A DNA stretch of 61,682 nucleotides from an uncultured Planctomycetaceae bacterium (lineage in GTDB: Bacteria > Planctomycetota > Planctomycetia > Planctomycetales > Planctomycetaceae), in the NCBI GenBank assembly GCA_964504645.1, contig CAZDGB010000001.1, forward strand, positions 10,247 to 71,928, read 5' to 3'. The notes below the pieces were generated by a model. That model ran no database searches and was not told the origin of the DNA. It worked only from the letters and a program-made list of their open reading frames with translations. Below, one piece after another: positions 29,039 to 38,300 of this stretch (position 1 is the stretch's first letter; each line of letters begins with the position of its first letter). A program made the translations under genes and the position numbers.

Positions 29039-30055
29039 ATGTCGGACATCGATCCTCTTTCCCCCGCCGCGTCAACGCCGCCCTCGTTTGAGTCGCTCGC
29101 CCGGCAGCAGCTCATCGACGAGTTGAAGCAGACGGCGGACAAGCTGGCGAAAGACCAGGCGTCGCTGGGAGACTTGAAGCTCCTCGCGCGGGCGCTGAAG
29201 GAACTGCGTTACGCCTTCAAGGTCTTCACGCCGTATCGGCTGCGGCGGAAGGTGTCGGTCTTCGGCTCGGCCCGCACGCCCCCCGATCATCCCGATTTCC
29301 TGGCCTCGGTCGCGTTCGGCAAATTGATGGCCGCCGAGGGCTGGATGGTGGTGACCGGGGCCGGCAACGGCATCATGGAAGGAGCGCATCTCGGCGCGGG
29401 GCCGGAACTCTCGATGGGGGTCAACATCATGCTCCCCTTCGAGCAGGAGGCAAACCCCGTCATCGCCAAGGACGAAAAGCTCGTCACGCTCCGCTACTTC
29501 TTCACCCGCAAATTGATGTTCGTGAAAGAGGTCCACGCGGCGGCCCTCTTCCCCGGCGGCTTCGGCACGCAGGACGAGCTCTTCGAAATCCTCACGCTGG
29601 TGCAGACCGGCAAGCGCGACATGCTCCCCATCGTCTGCGTCGAAAGCCCCGGCAACGATTACTGGGAACAGTGGGTGCAATTCGTCAAACGGCAACTGCT
29701 CGACCGGAAATTGATCTCGCCGGAAGACCTGTCGCTGTTCCGCATCGCCAAGACCCCCGAAGACGCCGTCGCGGAGATCGTGCGTTTCTATTCGGTCTAT
29801 CACAGCGCCCGCTACATCCGCGACAAGCTGATCCTGCGTTTGCAAAAGGAGCCGACCGACGCGCTGCTCGCGCAGTTGAACGAGGACTTCGCGGGAATTC
29901 TCGATGGCGGCAAAATCGAACGCGTCAAGACGCATCCGCACGAGCAGGACGACGAACACACCCGGCATTTCCCGCGGATTTCGCTCCACTTCAACCGCCG
30001 CGACGCCGGCCGCTTACGCCAGATGATCGACGTCATCAACCGCGAGTTGGCGTAG
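29039..30055 (+). CDS. LOG-family (TIGR00730-type) nucleotide phosphoribohydrolase-like protein
   Basis: [21 protein letters not shown], and [12 protein letters not shown] (the PGGxGTxxE LOG signature). Has ~70-aa N-terminal and ~110-aa C-terminal extensions, PpnN-like. GTG 29036 is an alternative start. Confidence 0.8.
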   Translation: MSDIDPLSPAASTPPSFESLARQQLIDELKQTADKLAKDQASLGDLKLLARALKELRYAFKVFTPYRLRRKVSVFGSARTPPDHPDFLASVAFGKLMAAEGWMVVTGAGNGIMEGAHLGAGPELSMGVNIMLPFEQEANPVIAKDEKLVTLRYFFTRKLMFVKEVHAAALFPGGFGTQDELFEILTLVQTGKRDMLPIVCVESPGNDYWEQWVQFVKRQLLDRKLISPEDLSLFRIAKTPEDAVAEIVRFYSVYHSARYIRDKLILRLQKEPTDALLAQLNEDFAGILDGGKIERVKTHPHEQDDEHTRHFPRISLHFNRRDAGRLRQMIDVINRELA

Positions 30056-30194
30056 CGGAAGTTTGCAAAGCCACAGTTGGCAACCGCGGTCCTCTGAACG
30101 ATGTCGAATTCGGGCCTCCGTGTTGCCAAAACGCAACGGGCGGAATTTTCGCCGGCAACCGGTTCTTTGATTTCCCGAACCCCAGCATCTCGTC

Positions 30195-31010
30195 TTGCGA
30201 ACGGTCTTGTGCGCCGGCAATAGTAGACCGGGACTCGCGTTCCACTCGATATCCGGGAAATCCGTGTCATCCGTGGCAAAAAATTCAGGCTATCTTCCCA
30301 CCGATGGCTACCTGCGCCCGCTGATGATCTGCCTGGCGTTGCAGAGCGCGCTCGCCGTCTATTCGGCCTGGACGTCGCCGCCGCAGGTGCCGTTGGTCGC
30401 GCGGTGGCTCGTCGGCATGGACGCCGCTGTCGCCGAACAGACGCCCGACGTCGACCGCGCGCGGGCCGTCTCGTGGCTGGAGATCGTGACGGGCATCTCG
30501 GCAGCCGTGCTGTTTTTCCCCATGCTGGCGCGGATCAACCAGAACGCCCGCGGGCTCGGCACGCCCGATCTGGATGCGACGCCCGGCTGGACGATCGGCT
30601 GCTTTCTGGTGCCGATCCTGAATCTCTACAAGCCGCACAAGGTCGTGCAGGAACTCTGGAAGGCGAGCTCGCCGTCGCCCGGCCCGTGGCGCGCCAATCC
30701 TGCGTCGCTGTTGATCACTGTCTGGTGGTGTCAGCGGCTGTTTGACGGCGGCTGGAGCCAGGCGCTGTGGCTGTGGCGGCGCTGGTATCCGCTGGAGACC
30801 GTCGTCGGTTTCCTGGGAGACATCGAAGTCGCACGCCTCGCCGCGATCTCACAAGGCCTGCACATCGTCCAATTCTCGCTAACGGGACTGGTCGCCGTAG
30901 CGCTGCATCGCCGGCAAACGGCGCGGCTGCAAATGCGGCGCGCGGAAGCGAAATCCGCCGGCGATGACAATTCGCTGTCGCGCCCCACCGTTGAGTTGGC
31001 GACTGTGTGA
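30195..31010 (+). CDS. polytopic membrane protein, DUF4328-like
   Basis: Several TM helices. GWTIGCFLVPILNLYKPHKVVQELWKAS resembles the conserved DUF4328 loop. The start is uncertain; the in-frame ATG at 30324 is the first ATG. Confidence 0.55.
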   Translation: MRTVLCAGNSRPGLAFHSISGKSVSSVAKNSGYLPTDGYLRPLMICLALQSALAVYSAWTSPPQVPLVARWLVGMDAAVAEQTPDVDRARAVSWLEIVTGISAAVLFFPMLARINQNARGLGTPDLDATPGWTIGCFLVPILNLYKPHKVVQELWKASSPSPGPWRANPASLLITVWWCQRLFDGGWSQALWLWRRWYPLETVVGFLGDIEVARLAAISQGLHIVQFSLTGLVAVALHRRQTARLQMRRAEAKSAGDDNSLSRPTVELATV

Positions 31011-31090
31011 CGCCGTTTGCACGACGGCATCGCGTTTGATATGAGGTAGACAGTCTCTGGCCAACGCCTGCTGCTGTCTCTCGGCGCGAC

Positions 31091-32227
31091 ATGTTCGATC
31101 TCTCCACGGTCAGTCGATGGCTCGCATCCGGCTCGAAGTCCTCGGAGCCATGGGTCACCCGTCTGGCCATCGTCGCCTGCATCGGGGTGTTCATCGCGTT
31201 GGCCGCCTTGAACGACTATGAGAATTGGGACACGCTGGCGTCGTTCGGATATCTCCCGCCGGAGTCGATCTGGCGCGGCCGCCTCTGGAGCCTGATCACA
31301 TCTACGTTCGTGCACTTCGAACTGTGGCACGTCGCGTTCAACGTCTATTGGCTGTGGATGCTCGGCCGCCGGATGGAGCTTGCCGTCGGGTCGTTCGCCT
31401 ATCTGTTGTTCTTTCTGTCTGCCGCGTTTGTCAGTTCGACTCTACAACTGGCCGCATCCGACACGACCGGCATCGGTGCTTCGGGCGTCGGCTATGCGAT
31501 CTTCGGTTTTCTCTGGGCCGCCCGCGATCGAGACCCATCTTTTCGCGAAATCCTTACAGATCGATTGGTGAAACTGTTCCTGATCTGGCTCGTCGGCTGC
31601 ATCGTCGTCACGGAACTCGGCATACTCGAGATCGGCAACATGGCCCACGTCGCAGGACTGCTCTTCGGCCTGCTGGCGGCGCACGCCAGCTACTCTTTGC
31701 GCTATCAGGCCGAGGCGCGCGGCGGAGTGGCGGCGCTGGTGTCCGTGTCGGTTCTCGTTCTCGTCTGGTGTCCGTGGTCGGTCACTTGGCTCAGCATCAA
31801 AGCCTACGACGCCCATGAGGCAGGCCGGTACGAAGAGGCGGTCGGTTACTATTCGAGAATCCTCGATACCAACCCGGAGCATTCGTGGGCGCTTCTCAAT
31901 CGCAGCTATGTCTATTCGTCCCTGCATCGAAATGAACTGGCCGAAGCTGATCGCCAGGCGGCGCGGCGGATTGATCCGACGATTGATGAAGCGGATCGTC
32001 TTCGCGGAGAGGCCTATCAGGTCCATGCCGAAAACCGGCTCGAGGATGCGGTCTTGCTGTATTCGCGCCTCCTCGTGTTGAATCCTGCCGACGCCTGGGC
32101 CTTGCTCAATCGCAGCTACGCTTATCAGGCTCTCGGCAAAAATGATCTGGCGAAAGCCGACCGTGAAGTGGCACTGTCGATTGATCCCCAAATCGAGAAC
32201 TCGCGTTCACCAGACGCCGGCCAATAA
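31091..32227 (+). CDS. rhomboid-family intramembrane serine protease fused to C-terminal TPR repeats
   Basis: WSLITSTFVHFELWHVAFNVYWLW, GASGVGYAIFG (GxSG catalytic Ser) and MAHVAGLLFG (catalytic His). Four TPR-like units follow (NPEHSWALLNRSYVY..., NPADAWALLNRSYAY...). Confidence 0.8.
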   Translation: MFDLSTVSRWLASGSKSSEPWVTRLAIVACIGVFIALAALNDYENWDTLASFGYLPPESIWRGRLWSLITSTFVHFELWHVAFNVYWLWMLGRRMELAVGSFAYLLFFLSAAFVSSTLQLAASDTTGIGASGVGYAIFGFLWAARDRDPSFREILTDRLVKLFLIWLVGCIVVTELGILEIGNMAHVAGLLFGLLAAHASYSLRYQAEARGGVAALVSVSVLVLVWCPWSVTWLSIKAYDAHEAGRYEEAVGYYSRILDTNPEHSWALLNRSYVYSSLHRNELAEADRQAARRIDPTIDEADRLRGEAYQVHAENRLEDAVLLYSRLLVLNPADAWALLNRSYAYQALGKNDLAKADREVALSIDPQIENSRSPDAGQ

Positions 32228-32306
32228 AGCCGCTTCATCCCCTTTTTTGCGAGGAATCGCTATCCTGAAATGGCTGGTCGCTTGACCGGTCTTGAACTCC
32301 GACAGG

Positions 32307-35300
32307 ATGCTTCCTCGCATGGCAGATACTGATTCCGCGGCCGCGCGCGAGCCGCTCGCCGTCATTGGCTTGAGTTGTCTCTTCCCCAAAGCGTCCGGCG
32401 TCGACGAGTTCTGGTCGAACATCCGTTGCGGCGTTGATGCGATCACCGAAATCCCCGCGACGCATTGGGATCCCGACGCCTATTTCGACGCCGACCCCAA
32501 AGCGCCCGACAAAACCTACGCCCGCCGCGGCGGGTTTTTGTCGCCGGTCGACTTCGATCCGCTCGAGTTCGGCATCGCACCGAGCAACCTGGAAGCGATC
32601 GATACGTCGCAGCTGCTAGGGCTCGTCGGCGCGAAACGGGCGCTGGATGACGCCGGGTATGGAGCCGGGCGAAACTTCGATCGCTCGCGCATCGGCTGCA
32701 TCCTCGGCGTGACGGGGACGCTGGAGATGGTGATCCCGCTGGGGGCGCGGCTCGGTCATCCGAAATGGCGGCAGGCGTTGAAAGACGCCGGGGTCGCGGA
32801 CGACGTCGCTGCGGACGTCATCCAGCGGATCGGCGAGTCGTATGTGCCGTGGCAGGAGAACTCGTTTCCCGGTCTCCTGGGGAACGTCGTCGCGGGACGC
32901 ATCGCCAACCGGCTCGATCTCGGCGGCACGAACTGCGTGGTCGATGCGGCGTGTGCGAGTTCGCTCAGCGCGATGCACCTCGCGGCGCTGGAACTCTGGT
33001 CGGGCCGGGCCGACATGGTCGTGACGGGCGGCATCGACACGTTCAACGACATTTTCATGTACATGTGCTTCAGCAAGACGCCGGCCCTCTCGCCGACCGG
33101 CGATGCGAAGCCGTTCAGCGAGCACGGCGACGGGACGATCCTCGGCGAAGGCGTCGGCATGGTCGTGCTGAAACGGCTGCGCGACGCCGAACGCGACGGC
33201 GATAAAATTTACGCATTGATCCGTGGCATCGGCACATCGAGCGACGGCGCGGGGAACGCCGTCTACGCTCCGAAAAAAGAAGGCCAGGTCCGCTGCTTGC
33301 AAGACGCCTATCGCTCCGCGGGGGTTTCGCCCGCGACAGTGGAACTGATCGAAGCGCACGGCACCGGGACAAAAGTCGGCGACGCGACGGAACTCGCGGG
33401 GCTGACCGAAGTCTTTCAATCGACCGAGCAGACCGGCCGCTGGTGCGCCGTCGGATCGATCAAATCGCAGATCGGCCACACGAAAGCGGCGGCTGGCGCG
33501 GCCGGTGTGTTGAAAGCGATTCTCGCCCTCGATCACCGCGTGCTGCCGCCCACGATCAAACTCGATGCGCCGCTGCCGGCGCTCAAGGACGACTCGTCGC
33601 CGCTGTACGCCAACACGCACAGCCGTCCGTGGCTCGCGCGGCGGAACCACCCGCGCCGCGCCGGTGTGAGCGCGTTCGGCTTCGGCGGTAGCAATTTTCA
33701 TTGCGTGCTGGAGGAATCGCCGGTGAATAATCCCGGCATCGATTGGGGCGACGACGTCTTCTTCGCCGCATGGTCGGCCGATTCGCGCGAGAAACTCGCC
33801 ACGCAGCTTAACGACTGGCAGCCCGTTGGGGATCGTGCCGAACAGCGTCGCCGCGCGGCGCAGACGCGGGCTCAATTCGACGTGACTCACGCATATCGCC
33901 TGGTGATCGTCGCCGACGCGGATTCGGCGAACGTTTCGCAACTCGTCGTTTCGGCGCGGAAGAATCTGGCGACTTACGCCGATCGCGCCGCGTGGTCGAC
34001 GCCGGACGGAATCTACTTCGGCCAGGGACCGCGGGCCGGAAAACTCGGACTGTTGTTTCCGGGACAAGGATCGCAGTACGTCAACATGCAGCGCGAGCTG
34101 GCGTGTCGATTTCCGCTGCTGCAGGACGTGCTCACCGAGGCGAACGATGTCTTTGCGGCATCCACCGATCGCCCGTTACGGCTGAGCGACTATGTCTATC
34201 CCTTCCCCGCGTTTGATGAGAAGGCACGCGATCGACAGGAAGCCGCGCTGCGTGACACCGAGATCGCCCAGCCTGCGCTCGGCGCGGTCAGCCTGGGATT
34301 GCTCGCGGTATTGTCGGAGTTCGGCGTGCGGGCCGATGTGGTGGCCGGGCACAGTTACGGCGAATTGACGGCGCTCTGCGCGTCGAAGCGGTTCGCGCCG
34401 GACGCCCTCTATCGGCTGTCGCTGCTGCGCGGTCGGTTGATGGCGGAGGCCCAGGAGATCGAAGGGGGAATGCTCGCCGTCGGGGCGCCGCTGAATCAAG
34501 TCGAAGCCGCGCTCAAGGAAGCGGCCGTCGATCTGGTGATTGCCAATCGCAACAGCCCCACGCAGGTCGTGCTCTCGGGCCGCGTGTCCGAGTTGGATCG
34601 CGCCGACGAAGTGTTGACGCGCCGGAAGATTCGCGGCAAACGGTTGCCGGTCGCCGCGGCGTTTCACAGCCCGCTGGTCGCCGCCGCGAGTTCGCGGTTC
34701 CGCCCGGTGCTGGACGAGATCGAGTTCCGCGCGCCGGAGATCCCGGTCTATGCGAACACGCATGCCGAGGAATACCCGCTCGACGCCGACGAGGCCCGCA
34801 CGCTGCTCGCCGGGCAACTCGCGCAGCCGGTCGAGTTCGTGCGGCAGATCGAGAACATGTACGCCGCCGGCGTGCGGACGTTTGTGGAAGTCGGCCCGGG
34901 CGCCGTGCTGACAGGCCTCGTCGGCTCGATCCTGTCCGGCCGTGAGTTCCGCGCGATCGCCGTGGACGCCTCCGCGGGGCGCCGCTCGGGGATGCTCGAC
35001 ATGGCGCTCGCCTTGGGACAACTCGCCGTCGCGGGCGTGCCGGTGAATGTCGCCGCGTGGCACCCGCTGCTCCCTCAAGCCTCAAGTCTCCAGCCTCAAG
35101 CCTCGCCTTCGCCGCGGCTGACGATCCCGATCTGCGGCGCGAACTACGTGAAACCGCGCACGCCGAAACCGCCGCGCATTGTGGAAAGTCCGAAGGTGGA
35201 AGGCGCAACACGGAAGGAAGCGAACGGGCAGAGCAACGCGCCGGTTCCAACGTCTCCCCCTCGTCAGGTCTCCAGCCTCAAGCCTCAAGCCTCGACACCA

Positions 35301-38300
35301 AAAGCAGCAGGTGTAACGCGGAAGGAAAGACCGCTGGCATTTTCTCAACCCCCCACTTCCAACCCGCCACCCGCCAGCCTCCACGTCCTGCAGCAGATGT
35401 TCGAGCAGACGGCTCGCTTGCATCAGCAGTTCCTCACCGGCCAGGAGCAGGCGCTGGCGACGCTGGAACGGCTCGCGGGGGGGAGTGTCGTACAGGAAAC
35501 AGTCGCTGTAACACCGGTTCCCGCAGTCGAAGCTCCCAGACTTCAACCACCGGTCCCCGTGTTCCAACCGGCCGCAGTAGTCAAACCCGCGAACCCTGCT
35601 CCGCTTCCTACCCCGGCCGCTCCTCCGACGGCCGCATCCAATGCTCTTTCGTCCGCCGTGCTGCAAATCGTCTCTGAGAAAACCGGCTACCCCACGGAGA
35701 TGCTACGGCCGGAGATGAGCCTCGATCACGACCTGGGGATCGATTCGATCAAGCGAGTAGAAATCCTCTCGGCCTTGCAAGAGCGGCATCCGTACCTGCC
35801 CGCTGTCACGCCCGATCAACTGGGCACGCTCCACCGCCTCGACGACGTCATTCAACTTCTCAGTCAGGCCAACAACGTCGATTTCGCGGATTCGCCCCCG
35901 CCGTCGCTCGCGGTTTCGCAGTCATCGCCGGAAGCAACCCTCTCCCTCGAGTCCCCGCGCGCGATTCCCTTGACCGATTTCGGCCGCCGGCTGTCGATCG
36001 CGTCCGGCGCGACGTTCTTGATTACCGACGACGGCGGCGAACTTTCGGCGCGGTTGTCCCAGGAACTCCAGCGGCGCGGGTTCGCCACGCAGGTTGTCGC
36101 GCTGCAGGCTCCCGACCGTTCGCTGCCGGACCACCTCGCCGGGTTGATTCTCATCGCGCCCTGCACTGGGCTGAGCGATACGCATCTCTGGAATGCCCTG
36201 CACTGGACGCAGGTCTGCGGTTCATCCTTGCGCCACACCGGCGGCGACGCAGTCTTTGCTACGATCAGCCGGCTCGATGGGCGATTCGGATTTGACTCGG
36301 CTGTGCCCGCGGCGAGTTCGTTGAGCGGTGCGCTGGCCGGTCTGGCGAAAACCGTCCGCCACGAATGGCCCGGCGTCACCGCCACGGCGTTCGACATTTC
36401 TACAGATTCGCCCAGCGGCGAGTTCATTTCGCAACTCGCGGATCGACTACTGTCGTCGGGCCCGGCGGAAATCGGTTTCACGGCAGATGGCTGGACGCAG
36501 GTCGAACTCGATCCCCGCGACGTGTCGGCTCCAGCAAATCCGCCGATTCAACCCGGCGATCTGGTGCTCGTCACCGGCGGAGCGCGGGGCGTGACGGCGG
36601 CGTGTGCGCTCGCCGTCGCAAACGCCTGGCGTCCGCGGCTCGTTCTCTGCGGCCGCACGCCGCTAGCAACGGACGAACCCGCGTGGCTGGACGGACGTCA
36701 TTCCGCGGCCCAGATCAAATCGGCGCTCGCTCAATATCGGCCGGCGGGAACGCCATTGCGGCAGATCGACCAGGAATGCCGGCAGATCCTCGCCAATCGC
36801 GAAGTCAATGCGACGCTGGCGAGTTTGCAGTCGTCGGGCGTTGACGCCGAATATCTGTCGCTCGACCTGCGCGACAGCGAAGCGGTCGCGGCGGCGCTGA
36901 GCGACGTGCAACGCCAATACGGCCCGCTGCGCGGCGTCGTGCATGGCGCCGGCGTGCTCGAAGACCGCCGCATCGAAGACAAAACACACGAACAATTCGG
37001 CCACGTCTTCGCCACAAAAATCGTCGGCCTGCGGAACGTGCTCGCGTCGCTTGAGCCGGACGAACTGCGGTTTCTGGCTCTCTTCTCGTCGTCAACGGGG
37101 CGCTTCGGCCGCACGGGGCAGGTCGACTACGCGATGGCCAACGAGGCGCTCAACAAGCTCGCCGCCGAGTTCCAGATGAACCACCCCCGCTGCCGGACGA
37201 GGTCGTTCAACTGGGGCCCGTGGAACGGCGGTATGGTGACCGATTCGCTCAAGCCTCTCTTCGCGAAGGAAGGGATCGGCCTCATCCCGCTCGACGCCGG
37301 CGCCGACCTGCTCGTCCGCGAACTGGAACGCGAGACGGGAACGGTGGAACTCGTCGTCCTGGCGAAGCTGGCGGGAAGTGCGCAGGCGAAAGGCGAAAGG
37401 CAGAAGGAAGACGTTCCTGCCTCTCCTTCCAACCCCCAACCTCCAACCCCCAATACCCAACTCACATCCCTCGTCCTCGATATCGTCTCCGAGAAAACCG
37501 GCTACCCCGTCGAGATGCTCAAGCCGGAGATGTCGCTCGACCACGACCTCGGCATCGATTCCATCAAGCGCGTGGAGATTCTTTCCGCGCTACAGGAACG
37601 CCGGCCCGAGTTGCCCGCCGTCACGCCGGAACAGTTGCAGACGCTGCATCGTCTCGCCGACGTGATCGCGCTCTTGGAAGGAAGTGCGCCGGCGGAAGGC
37701 GGAAACCGGAAGGAAGAGGCTCCTGCTGCTCATTCCAATTCCCAACACTCAACCCTCAACCCTCAACTCTCAACCCTCGTCCTCGACATCGTCGCCGAGA
37801 AAACCGGCTATCCCGTCGAAATGCTCAGGCCCGAGATGTCGCTTGATCACGACCTCGGCATCGATTCCATCAAGCGCGTGGAAATCCTTTCCGCGCTACA
37901 GGAACGCCGGCCCGAATTGCCTGCCGTCACGCCGGAGCAGTTGCAGACCCTGCATCGCCTCGCCGACGTGATCGCCCTGCTGGCGGGAAATGCGCAGGTG
38001 GAAGGTGGACGGCGGAAGGAAGAAGCCCTTCCGACTTCCGCCTTGGCTCTTCCGCTCTTTGCCCAACCTGCAACCCCCAACCCACAACCTTCCCGCAGCG
38101 GCTGGGAACGCACGCTCTCCGTCGCCGGGCATCCGTATCTCGCGTCTCACGTTCTCGGCGGCAAGGCCGTGCTGCCGACGGCGATGATTCTCGAAATCCT
38201 GGCTCACGCGGCGATGCACCATCATCCGGGACTCGAATTCGCCGGGCTGTCGAACCTGCGGATCTTCAAGGGCGTGCGTCTCGATTGGGACGAACGGCTC

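Noticed and set aside
37374-38095. Regularly spaced ~306-nt repeats considered as a possible CRISPR-like or satellite array.
   Set aside because: The repeat units are in-frame ACP domains plus linkers of the synthase, with intact phosphopantetheinylation motifs. There are no spacers and no cas genes.
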